Assembly (NCBI GenBank): GCA_050123335.1
Contig: JASFHH010000004.1
Coordinates: forward strand, 3,561-67,560
Length of the DNA: 64,000 nucleotides
From: Gammaproteobacteria bacterium
GTDB taxonomy: Bacteria; Pseudomonadota; Gammaproteobacteria; UBA12402
Reading direction: 5' to 3'
Made by a program: the position numbers and the translations under genes. Below, piece after piece: positions 1 to 10,263 of the stretch. Below the pieces are notes generated by a model. That model saw only the letters and a program-made list of their open reading frames with translations, was not told the DNA's origin and searched no databases. Positions within the stretch are counted from its first letter, which is position 1. Each line of letters starts with the position of its first letter.

Positions 1-534
1 GTCAAAGAATTACAAACCAAAACCGTTTGCCTTTATGATGCACAAGCCGTAGCTAAAGCTATCGAAGAAATGGCTCGTCAAATGAATGCAGAATTAGCCG
101 ATAAAAATCCAATTCTGTTATGTGCGATGAATGGCGCCTTGATTTTTTTAGGACAACTCGCACCATTGCTTAATTTCCCATTGCAAATTGATTATATTCA
201 TACGTCACGTTTTCGTGGTGAAATGCGGGGAGGGGACTTGCATTGGCTGGCCACTCCAACCATTCCATTAAAAAACCGTAATATTATTATTATTGAAGAT
301 ATTTTGGATTCAGGAATCACGCTCGCTGCAATCAAAGATTATTGTGTTCAGCAAGGAGCTAAAGAAGTATTGTCAGCTGTATTGGTTGATAAAGCACATC
401 CGAGAGAAGAGGGTGGATTAGATAAGGCGGAATTTACCGGCTTAAATGTTCCTGATAAATTTTTAGTTGGGTTTGGTTTGGATTATAAAGGCTATCTACG
501 TAATATTCCTGGAATTTATGCAGTTGAAGATTAA
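1..534 (+). CDS. hpt: hypoxanthine-guanine phosphoribosyltransferase (5'-truncated by window edge)
   Basis: Frame is open from base 1. PRPP-binding motif IIIEDILDSGITL and C-terminal FLVGFGLDY..LRN. Confidence 0.93.
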   Translation, partial: VKELQTKTVCLYDAQAVAKAIEEMARQMNAELADKNPILLCAMNGALIFLGQLAPLLNFPLQIDYIHTSRFRGEMRGGDLHWLATPTIPLKNRNIIIIEDILDSGITLAAIKDYCVQQGAKEVLSAVLVDKAHPREEGGLDKAEFTGLNVPDKFLVGFGLDYKGYLRNIPGIYAVED

Positions 535-540
535 TCGATT

Positions 541-2278
<1,738 letters not shown>

Positions 2279-2319
2279 AATTGCACTCCTTTTGTTATTT
2301 CTTCTCAAAGCGTTTGTGT

Positions 2320-2352
2320 ATTATAATTTGCAAACCTTAAGGAAATCTTAAG
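2320..2352 (-). promoter_or_regulatory. PmrA-type box plus -10 element
   Basis: - strand reads CTTAAG-ATTTC-CTTAAG-N10-TATAAT. Confidence 0.8.
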
Positions 2353-2434
2353 TTCGTGAAAAAGTTGTAGATACAAAATAGCGCATTTTAAGATTTTAGA
2401 GTTAGCAACTTACTACTTAGTAATCTTGTAAAAA

Positions 2435-2499
2435 TTGTCCAGGCTGATGGTTCTGGCAGTATTGATGAGATCACGCAAGAAATTTTAATGCGCTTATAA
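2435..2499 (+). repeat. displaced duplicate of adk 3' end (direct repeat of 1326-1390)
   Basis: 57/65 identical including the stop codon. 6 of 8 differences are synonymous in the adk frame. Confidence 0.95.
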
Positions 2500-2596
2500 A
2501 CTTTTTATTTTTAAGCCATTTTAATGGTTTTCATTATAACTCTTTGATTATTAAAGATTTAATGAGTTGTGCGCTAATTGGCTTTTATTTACAGGC

Positions 2597-2629
2597 CTTA
2601 AGATTCCCTTAAGATTAACGTGTTACAAT
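2597..2629 (+). promoter_or_regulatory. PmrA-type box plus -10 element
   Basis: CTTAAG-ATTCC-CTTAAG-N10-TACAAT. Confidence 0.8.
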
Positions 2630-2667
2630 GCCTCCTCTCAAAATAACATAAAAAGGGGAAACATATT

Positions 2668-3945
2668 ATGGCTTTTGGTAAAAAACTTGTATCTCTTTTA
2701 AATAAAGGAATAAAGTATATAAAAAATGTTTTTGCTAAATATTTTAGATATAAAACTTTTAAAGAAACAACAAAATATCTTGATAAGGGCATAATTAACG
2801 GAGCAGCTGATTCCGCATTAATGCTGTTTGTTGTTGATGATTGGTTTGGCAAACCGATCACAAAAGTGTCAAAAACCACAGCTTATACTTTATTTTCGTT
2901 ATGGATGGCAGGGTGTATTGCTGTTAGATTAATAAACTTACTATTTAATGACGTTGCAAAAGCGACCAAAGGCAACGCAAAACTGACTTTCTCAATGTTA
3001 AAATTGCTTACTAAGCCTATAGAGGATTTCATAAATGGCTTCAATATTGTTGCTGTGCCGGCTTTTTTGTTTTTTGAGGTTTTTGATTTTGCTGCATTAT
3101 TTTCTAATCAAGGATACCTTGCTTGTCAAATTGGTACAATGGTATTAAGTGGAATATTCGGTGCCCATGACGCGCAGCAATCTTTTAGAAAAGAATTACA
3201 AAATGTCGATAAGGCAATGAAGCAAAAAAAAGGGCGTATAGAAAATTCTCACTCAAAAATAAAAGGTTATTTAGATAAACTAGATAAATTTGAAAAACAC
3301 AAAATTATAAATTTATGCAAATTATTATTTATTAAAGGTCCTCAAGTGATATTAATTAATTACTTGAATTTCACAGCTTTGAACTTTTATCTTTCTTTTG
3401 TAAGAAAGGTATATCCTCCACAATTACCATTTACGAAAGGATCAAAAACGACGGTGCCATTTATTTTGACTACTGCGGGAATTATTCCTCAAGCGTTGCA
3501 GGCAATCTTGAACTGCAGTGTTGATCAATACAAGAATGCACAAATAAATGAAGGTGACGAAGTAAAAAATTTAGCATGGAAAAAATTTATATCAGCCAAC
3601 TCAAGATGTTTAAATGTTTTCTATGATGTGTTATCAAGATATGGGATGGCTACAGTGATTTTTCTTGTAATTAAACATACTATTGAAACGATTAAAAATA
3701 TTTCATATGACAATACATTTATCACAGAATTATTAACAGGATGCATAGCTGCTTTATCGATGTTCCATGAATTAATCGATAGTGGTCGCAGCAATTTTAA
3801 AGCATATAAGAATGATCTTAAAGAAATTACAAACCCATCACGTAGAATTAATCTTGTTCAGAACGACAGTGGTGAGGATAAGAATAATGAGGAGCAACCA
3901 CTTATCATTAATCCTGTACAAAGCATTACATCTCAACTTAAATGA
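2668..3945 (+). CDS. multi-pass membrane ORFan, putative effector
   Basis: 425 aa with AGGGG RBS and PmrA box. About 8 hydrophobic segments. C-terminal EEQPLI dileucine-type motif. Confidence 0.6.
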   Translation: MAFGKKLVSLLNKGIKYIKNVFAKYFRYKTFKETTKYLDKGIINGAADSALMLFVVDDWFGKPITKVSKTTAYTLFSLWMAGCIAVRLINLLFNDVAKATKGNAKLTFSMLKLLTKPIEDFINGFNIVAVPAFLFFEVFDFAALFSNQGYLACQIGTMVLSGIFGAHDAQQSFRKELQNVDKAMKQKKGRIENSHSKIKGYLDKLDKFEKHKIINLCKLLFIKGPQVILINYLNFTALNFYLSFVRKVYPPQLPFTKGSKTTVPFILTTAGIIPQALQAILNCSVDQYKNAQINEGDEVKNLAWKKFISANSRCLNVFYDVLSRYGMATVIFLVIKHTIETIKNISYDNTFITELLTGCIAALSMFHELIDSGRSNFKAYKNDLKEITNPSRRINLVQNDSGEDKNNEEQPLIINPVQSITSQLK

Positions 3946-3982
3946 TATTATATGCTATCAATGTCAATCTATGCTAAACTTA

Positions 3983-4011
3983 TTGACAGCATGACCTTTG
4001 CCCCATAAAAT
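3983..4011 (+). promoter_or_regulatory. sigma70 promoter of tRNA pair
   Basis: TTGACA-N17-TAAAAT just upstream of tRNA-Ala. Confidence 0.8.
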
Positions 4012-4021
4012 CTCCGGTTTT

Positions 4022-4094
4022 GGGGCTATAGCTCAGCTGGGAGAGCATTTGCATGGCATGCAAAGGGTCGGCGGTTCGATCCCGCCTAGCTCCA
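4022..4094 (+). tRNA. tRNA-Ala(GGC), CCA not encoded
   Basis: GGGGCTATAGCTCAGCTGGGAGAGC; anticodon arm TTTGC-ATGGCAT-GCAAA; T-arm GGTTCGATCCC. Followed by CAA rather than CCA. Confidence 0.95.
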
Positions 4095-4105
4095 CAATAT
4101 CATAT

Positions 4106-4181
4106 GTCCCCATCGTCTAGAGGCCTAGGACATCGCCCTTTCACGGCGGTAACAGGGGTTCAAATCCCCTTGGGGACGCCA
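4106..4181 (+). tRNA. tRNA-Glu(TTC)
   Basis: GTCCCCATCGTCTAGAGGCCTAGGAC...CTTTCAC...GGTTCAAATCCCCTTGGGGACGCCA. Confidence 0.96.
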
Positions 4182-4188
4182 GTTTTTT

Positions 4189-4351
4189 GGGTCATCCCCA
4201 AATCCGGAGGCACAAATTATTAAGCACATAATGCTCTCACACGAATACGGTAGTTGTCAAAGTTTCTAAAGCCATAAGCCCGACGCTGAATCAATTTCAT
4301 TTTTCTATGAAAGCCTTCAGTAATGCCATTGCTTTTGGTAAATCGCCACAT
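4189..4351 (-). pseudogene. ISL3-family transposase C-terminal remnant with possible IR
   Basis: 4351->4220 translates MWRFTKSNGITEGFHRKMKLIQRRAYGFRNFDNYRIRVRALCA*, the typical ISL3 C-terminus. Possible end GGGTCATCCCC at 4189. Confidence 0.85.
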
Positions 4352-4468
4352 TTACCGCATAGTTTTAATTTAAATTTCATTTGTTAAACTGACTTGCTAA
4401 TTAACTACAAAAGGAGCCAGTCATGAAATCAAATGTTATAATCTTACACCACTAAAGCAGACACAAAT

Positions 4469-4535
4469 ATTGAGCAAAATTCCAGATTGCCAAAAATTAG
4501 AAAATTACGAAAAACTGTTACCTGGAATATCAAGC
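4469..4535 (+). pseudogene. possible IS66 transposase C-terminal scrap
   Basis: LSKIPDCQKLENYEKLLP then WNI after a frameshift, resembling IS66 TnpC ...YEALLPWN. Confidence 0.45.
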
Positions 4536-4633
4536 TTGAAAAGGTGCAAAAAACAGATCAAAATACTGCTGCTTAGAGCGATTTTGATAGAAAATCGCAA
4601 AAAAACTGAAAAAACTAACATCTTTCTCAAAAC

Positions 4634-4666
4634 CTTAAGCTTGCGTTAAGAATCGATGACTATAAT
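4634..4666 (+). promoter_or_regulatory. PmrA-type box plus -10 element
   Basis: CTTAAG-CTTGC-GTTAAG-N10-TATAAT. Confidence 0.75.
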
Positions 4667-4746
4667 TGAAACGAAACAATGACATTTGACTCTTAAATGG
4701 GAAATGTTGATTTATATTATTAAGTGAAATTGTAGAGGTAAATTTT

Positions 4747-5817
4747 ATGCTTATACCACGCAATACTGTACAAACACCTATTTATAAACAAAAAAATGTA
4801 GCATTTCATGGCATACAAGGTTATAATTTAGAAGTTTTGGATTCTATTTTAAAACTCGGCATTTGCTCAAAAATTGATGCTCAAAAATACTCTGTTGAAA
4901 CTACTTCAAATGGATTTGGTTTGAATGGATCCGAAAAAATATCATTATCCGTTGGAAAATCAGGATTTGATAGTAGTTATACCCAATCGGGTATTACATT
5001 TATAATCAGCACATCTGGCCTTTTTTTGAGCAAAGGATTTGGTGAACAACACATCCCCTTTGAAAGATTTATCAACCATGTGCCAATACAAAAAATTTCA
5101 GGAATATTGATTGAGCGAAAAAAACTTGGATTATGTTTAAGTAAACTTTCTCTTAACATAAGCATATGGAATATTAAGTGTGCTAAAATTGCGATAAAAA
5201 ATATCAAAAGTTATTTGTTCAGTAAGTGTAAGTACATTTTCGATGATAAAATGGCGTTAAAGATTTTAAAAGAAGCTGAAAAAATACGGGCACAAAGCTT
5301 AAATTATTTTGCTAAGGATAAAGCACTATTGAACAAAAAGAAGGCTCTTATTCGCAATTTGAGCCATCAACTCCATGAAGCATTTAAAAACTATTTTAAA
5401 AGTAAAGTTGATATAACTTTACTAGATGTGTTGTTAGATATCTTGCCAAACAAATTGGCAATTTACGACTCTAAAACAGGCAAGAAGATGGCATCAAACA
5501 TTAAAGAATTAGCGGGCAAGGTGAAATACGTTAATAGAATAGACCTATTGATTTATAATCATGAGAAAAAAATCCAGAAACTTAAGAAAAAAACTAAATG
5601 TTTCTGCTGTTTTAGCTTTTTCTTCAAAAATGGGTTGCAAGTATTGAACATGAAAAATAAAGTGTTACAATATTTGCGTAACGACCTTTTATTTAATGTG
5701 ACTACATTTCTAGAAGCCTTTTCAAATACCAATGTTAAGTACCCAGCAACAAGCAAATTCTTAAAAAGTGTGTTCAAAATTGAAAAAGAACCATTGCTAA
5801 AAAATTATAAAATGTAA
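4747..5817 (+). CDS. putative ADP-ribosyltransferase-fold effector
   Basis: N-terminal AFHGI...LDSILKLGI.S...NG..KISLS...FERFINHVP...ISGI pattern. KKKTKCFCCFSFF cluster. C-terminal EKEPLL. Confidence 0.5.
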   Translation: MLIPRNTVQTPIYKQKNVAFHGIQGYNLEVLDSILKLGICSKIDAQKYSVETTSNGFGLNGSEKISLSVGKSGFDSSYTQSGITFIISTSGLFLSKGFGEQHIPFERFINHVPIQKISGILIERKKLGLCLSKLSLNISIWNIKCAKIAIKNIKSYLFSKCKYIFDDKMALKILKEAEKIRAQSLNYFAKDKALLNKKKALIRNLSHQLHEAFKNYFKSKVDITLLDVLLDILPNKLAIYDSKTGKKMASNIKELAGKVKYVNRIDLLIYNHEKKIQKLKKKTKCFCCFSFFFKNGLQVLNMKNKVLQYLRNDLLFNVTTFLEAFSNTNVKYPATSKFLKSVFKIEKEPLLKNYKM

Positions 5818-6013
5818 AAGTTAAGTTTTTTATGGCAAAGGTTTCAATGACATCAAAAATATGTACTGCATAACTAGAATCGTTTAATATAGTGAATCGA
5901 TTTAAAATAGAGGTGTAAAACATGAGTTATGAAAAACAGCGAACAAGCGAAGACAGGCGGTTTAATAAAAATATAAACGGTTTAACATCTTTGCATAATT
6001 TCGTTATACTGAA

Positions 6014-6063
6014 ATCGCCCTTTCACGGCGGTAACAGGGGTTCAAATCCCCTTGGGGACGCCA
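6014..6063 (+). repeat. attR-like 50-bp exact duplicate of tRNA-Glu 3' part (4132-4181)
   Basis: ATCGCCCTTTCACGGCGGTAACAGGGGTTCAAATCCCCTTGGGGACGCCA at both loci. Confidence 0.97.
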
Positions 6064-6066
6064 TAG

Positions 6067-6243
6067 TTGAATTTTCCAAATAACAAACTATAATAATAAA
6101 ATCATGAATGAATTTTACTTACAACAAATGTCAATGCCTAACCCAGACGCTGCTGTCTAGGTTGGGCTTGTTGGTTTGTAAGTAAACTCAAACAATCCTT
6201 AAGTTCCAATGCCAGCGTCTGGGAAACTACCGCTGGTTTTTTT
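6067..6243 (+). promoter_or_regulatory. promoter plus Met leader-peptide attenuator
   Basis: TTGAAT-N16-TATAAT. Leader ORF 6104-6160 MNEFYLQQMSMPNPDAAV*. Antiterminator 6142-6152/6213-6223. Terminator CCAGCG/CGCTGG plus T7 at 6212-6243. Confidence 0.7.
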
Positions 6244-6276
6244 ATACCCAATTAAAATGAATTTGAGGATTGAAAA

Positions 6277-7296
6277 ATGTTACAAATCAAAGAATTAAAC
6301 AAAGAATTTCAAGGAATTCTTGCATTACAAGATATCAATATTGATGTAAATCATGGTGAGATTTTTGGCGTGATCGGCAAAAGTGGCGCCGGCAAAAGTA
6401 CGTTGATCCGCTGTGCCAATTTGCTGGAAACGCCTTCGAGCGGCAATGTGGTCATTGATGGCACCGATTTAACCACACTTTCTGGAAAACAGTTACGCCA
6501 AAAACGGCGTCAAATCGGCATGATTTTTCAGCATTTTAACCTGTTGGAATCACGTACAGCTTACGAAAACATTGCATTACCGTTGGAATTAATCGGCGAA
6601 AACAAACAATCTATTAAGAAAAAAGTTTCGGATTTGCTGGAATTAGTTAATTTATCTGACCGACGTGACCATTATCCAAGACAGTTAAGCGGCGGTCAGA
6701 AGCAACGGGTTGCAATCGCTCGAGCGCTAATTACTAATCCTAAGTTACTTTTGTGTGATGAACCAACTTCTGCATTAGACCCAGAATCAACAGATTCGAT
6801 TTTAAAATTATTAAAACAAATAAATCAAAAATTAAATCTTACGATTTTGCTAATTACACATGAACTAAATGTAATTAAAAATTTATGCGATCGGGTGGCC
6901 GTTTTAGATCATGGTTGTTTGATCGAGGAAGGTAGCGTCACAAAAATTTTTGCTGAACCAAAATCACAAATAACTAAAACATTAATTCGTAGCGCTTTGC
7001 ACTTAGAATTACCAGCGTGTTTGCGTGACAATTTACACACAGAACACCAAGCTGGTTTAAATCCCATTATTCAGCTAACTTTTGTTGGTTCTTCTGCTTA
7101 TGAACCAATTATCGCTTCATTATCCAAACAATTTGGTGTAACCGCTAATATTTTACAAGCTGATTTGGAATTTGTGCATGGTGCTTCTATTGGATTTTTA
7201 ATTTGCAAATTCATTGCAGAAAAAAATGCGGTTAAAAGTGCGATTGGTTATCTCAACAAGATTAACATTAAAACGGAGGTTATCGGTTATGAATAA
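6277..7296 (+). CDS. metN: methionine ABC transporter ATP-binding protein
   Basis: GKSGAGKSTLIRC, LSGGQKQRVAIARAL, LLCDEPTSALDP, C-terminal NIL domain. Confidence 0.93.
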   Translation: MLQIKELNKEFQGILALQDINIDVNHGEIFGVIGKSGAGKSTLIRCANLLETPSSGNVVIDGTDLTTLSGKQLRQKRRQIGMIFQHFNLLESRTAYENIALPLELIGENKQSIKKKVSDLLELVNLSDRRDHYPRQLSGGQKQRVAIARALITNPKLLLCDEPTSALDPESTDSILKLLKQINQKLNLTILLITHELNVIKNLCDRVAVLDHGCLIEEGSVTKIFAEPKSQITKTLIRSALHLELPACLRDNLHTEHQAGLNPIIQLTFVGSSAYEPIIASLSKQFGVTANILQADLEFVHGASIGFLICKFIAEKNAVKSAIGYLNKINIKTEVIGYE

Positions 7297-8719
7297 TTTT
7301 GCTTTAATTCCATTATTGATCGCAACTTGGCAAACTATTTACACAGTTTTTATTTCAAGTTTTTTTAGTATTTTTTTTGGTTTGATCTTAGGAATATTAT
7401 TATTTACAGGAAATAAACAAACTAAGCGTTTGCTTGGGTTGGTGGTAAACATCACCAGATCAGTACCATTTATCATTTTATTAATCAGCATCATTCCATT
7501 AACGCGTTTAATTGTTGGAACATCCATTGGCGTAAACGCAGCGATTGTGCCTTTAACTATTGCGGCAATACCATTTTTTGCACGCATAGTTGAAAGCGCA
7601 CTTGCAGAGGTGCCACACAACTTAATCGAAACGGCACATGCTTTAGGCGCAACATCATGGCAAATAATTTATAAGGTTTTGCTGCCGGAAAGCTTACCAA
7701 GTTTGATTAAAGGCGCAACTTTAACAATTATTGCGTTAATTGGCTATTCGGCCATAACTGGCGCCGTTGGTGGCGGCGGTTTAGGCGAGCTTGCCATCAA
7801 TTATGGCTATCAACGGTTTAACACGGCAGTGATGATTGAAACAGTAGTGTTATTAGTCTTAATTGTGCAGCTCATTCAAACTCTCGGTAACCATTTAGCA
7901 ATTAAGCCTAAATTAAAATGGGTTGGAGTGGGTTGTTTGCTGTTGTGGACTGTTTGTATTGGAAGTCAAATTTGGCATCCAACAAAACAAAACATCATAA
8001 AGGTCGGCGTTGTTGGCGGACAGCAGGAAATTATTTTGCAAACTGCACAACAAGTTGCAAAAAAAGATTACGGCATAAAATTAAAAATAGTTGTGTTTAA
8101 TGATTATCAATTGCCAAATGAAGCTTTAAATGATGGTGATATTAATGCAAATATTTTTCAACATACGCCATTTTTAAATGCACAAATCAAAGCACATGGA
8201 TATCATTTGATACCAATTGGTAAAACTTTTGTTTATCCATTTGGATTTTATTCGCGTAAATTGAGCCGATTATCACAACTTAAATATAGTGCAATTATTG
8301 CAATTCCAAATGATCCAAGTAACGAAGGCCGAGCGTTGTTGTTATTACAAAAAGTTGGATTAATAAAATTAAAAGCTAAAGCTGGTTTATTTGGAACGGT
8401 GCACGATATTGTTAGTAATCCAAAAAATTTGCGGTTTAAAACACTTGATGCTGCTCAATTACCACGAGTATTTAAAGATGCAGATCTAGTTGGATTAACT
8501 AATGATTACATTACAGCTGCAGGATTTACCCCGCAAAATGCTTTATTAAAAGAAGGTGCTGATTCACCTTATGCAAATGTAATTGTAGTGCGCAGCAAAG
8601 ATAAAAATAAGCAGATTCTTAAACAATTGGTAAAGATTATGCATTCACCACAGGTTTTGCAAATAACTAAAAAATTATTTCCGAGTGGAGCGGCAATTCC
8701 TGCGTACCAAACAAATTAA
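7289..8719 (+). CDS. MetI permease-MetQ/NlpA substrate-binding fusion
   Basis: N-half RSVPFIILL...GAVGGGGLGELAINYGYQRF (MetI). C-half FNDYQLPNEAL..GDINANIFQH, PNDPSNEGRAL, SPYANVIVVR (MetQ). ATG 7289 with GGAGG. Confidence 0.88.
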   Translation: MNNFALIPLLIATWQTIYTVFISSFFSIFFGLILGILLFTGNKQTKRLLGLVVNITRSVPFIILLISIIPLTRLIVGTSIGVNAAIVPLTIAAIPFFARIVESALAEVPHNLIETAHALGATSWQIIYKVLLPESLPSLIKGATLTIIALIGYSAITGAVGGGGLGELAINYGYQRFNTAVMIETVVLLVLIVQLIQTLGNHLAIKPKLKWVGVGCLLLWTVCIGSQIWHPTKQNIIKVGVVGGQQEIILQTAQQVAKKDYGIKLKIVVFNDYQLPNEALNDGDINANIFQHTPFLNAQIKAHGYHLIPIGKTFVYPFGFYSRKLSRLSQLKYSAIIAIPNDPSNEGRALLLLQKVGLIKLKAKAGLFGTVHDIVSNPKNLRFKTLDAAQLPRVFKDADLVGLTNDYITAAGFTPQNALLKEGADSPYANVIVVRSKDKNKQILKQLVKIMHSPQVLQITKKLFPSGAAIPAYQTN

Positions 8720-8746
8720 TTGATTTGTCAGTTAAGGCTTTGTAAA

Positions 8747-10180
8747 ATGCAAAATATGAAAAATATTTTGCATGATATAAAAAAATTAATTTTGCAAGGT
8801 GAATCAGAAATCTTGGAGTTTAAGAAATCTACTGCTCAATTAAAACCAATTTTTGCAACCTTATGTGGTTTTTTAAATAATAATGGTGGGACTGTGGTTA
8901 TTGGTGTTTCTTCATCAGGAAAAATTATTGGGCAAGATATTACCGATAATACCAAGCAAGAAATTGCACAACATATTGCGAAAATTGAACCAGCAGCACA
9001 ATTTGAAATATCCTACGTAAAAACACCGACAAACAAACAATTAATCATGATTAGATCACCAAAAGGAATTCATTGTCCGTATGTATATGATGCTAGAGCT
9101 TATCAACGTAATCAATCTTCAACATCTCGTATGTCGCAACATCGTTATGAGCAACTTTTAGTTGAGCGAGGGCAATTAAATTACGCCTGGGATGATCAAA
9201 CAGCTTTAAATTGTTCAATTGAGGATTTAAATAAAGAAAAAATCTTGGCTGCTATTCATCACGGCATTATCAAAAAACGGTTGCCTGCGTCAACAATTAA
9301 AAAAGAACTGGGTGATATATTAGAACAATTACATTTGTTGGAAAATGGCGTATTAAAGAATGCAGCTATGGTTTTGTTTGGCAAAGATACTTTGAATCGT
9401 TATTTGCAGTGCGAATTACGAATGGCTCGCTTTAAAGATACAACTCGACATGAATTTTTGGATAGCGATATAGTTTATGGCAATTTATTTTATCTTTTAG
9501 ATGAAGGCGAGTTATTTGCTAAACGGCATATTTCTGTTGCTGCAAAAATTACTGCTGAATCTTTTCGCCGTGTAGAAACACCAGAAATACCATATGATGT
9601 GATTCGTGAAGCATTGTTGAATGCTTTATGCCATAGAAATTACGCCATGCAAGGAGGTTCGGTTGGTTTAGCCTTCTATAGCAATCGCATTGAGATTTCA
9701 AATCATGGTGGTTTGCAGACCGGAATGACAATTGAACAAATCAAGCAAGGCTATTCGAAACCCAGAAATAATCGTATTGCTTTTGCATTACATAAATGCG
9801 GTTATATTGAACATTGGGGCAGGGGGATCGAAGAAATGATTCAAGGCTGTATTTCAGCTGGATTACCTGAGCCAACTTTTGAAAATAATCCTATGGAATT
9901 TAAGATTATTTTTTCGCTAACAGATCAGGTAGTTGAAAAAAATAAGCGTACAATCAATAAGATAGAAGTTAATTTGACAGAAAGACAACAAGAAATTATC
10001 GATGTATTTGTGGCTCAGAATGGTATGCCACTAAAAGTGAAAGAATTAGAAGTAATACTAGAAAATCGCTATATTCCACGTATGCTTAGGCGAGATTTAT
10101 TTGCATTAAAAGAAAAAGGCTTGGTTGATGTAAAAGGGCATACCAATAAAGCTATATGGTTTTTGAAAAACCAAGCTTAG
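8747..10180 (+). CDS. AlbA_2 (Schlafen-like)-HATPase_c_4-wHTH protein
   Basis: GESEILEFKKS, CGFLNNNGG..VIGV, REALLNALCHRNY, PRN..IA..L...GYIEHWGRG, C-terminal HTH. Confidence 0.85.
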   Translation: MQNMKNILHDIKKLILQGESEILEFKKSTAQLKPIFATLCGFLNNNGGTVVIGVSSSGKIIGQDITDNTKQEIAQHIAKIEPAAQFEISYVKTPTNKQLIMIRSPKGIHCPYVYDARAYQRNQSSTSRMSQHRYEQLLVERGQLNYAWDDQTALNCSIEDLNKEKILAAIHHGIIKKRLPASTIKKELGDILEQLHLLENGVLKNAAMVLFGKDTLNRYLQCELRMARFKDTTRHEFLDSDIVYGNLFYLLDEGELFAKRHISVAAKITAESFRRVETPEIPYDVIREALLNALCHRNYAMQGGSVGLAFYSNRIEISNHGGLQTGMTIEQIKQGYSKPRNNRIAFALHKCGYIEHWGRGIEEMIQGCISAGLPEPTFENNPMEFKIIFSLTDQVVEKNKRTINKIEVNLTERQQEIIDVFVAQNGMPLKVKELEVILENRYIPRMLRRDLFALKEKGLVDVKGHTNKAIWFLKNQA

Positions 10181-10240
10181 GACAAGCTTAGGACAAACTT
10201 AGGACAAGCTTAGGACAAACTTAGGACAAGCTTAGGACAA
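10172..10240 (+). repeat. 11-bp tandem repeat CAARCTTAGGA x6
   Basis: Six units beginning at 10172; the first contains the stop codon of the AlbA_2 gene. Confidence 0.95.
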
Positions 10241-10263
10241 AATGTCTTTATAGGATTACTTGA

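Noticed and set aside
6014-6063. Second functional tRNA-Glu
   Set aside because: Lacks the 5' acceptor strand and D-arm; it is only a 3' duplicate.
6104-6243. SAM riboswitch upstream of metN
   Set aside because: I saw no SAM-I (ATCCAGAG...GATGA) or SAM-II core; the leader-peptide geometry fits better, though an Rfam scan is still needed.
10172-10240. CRISPR array
   Set aside because: 11-bp head-to-tail units with no spacers and no cas genes.
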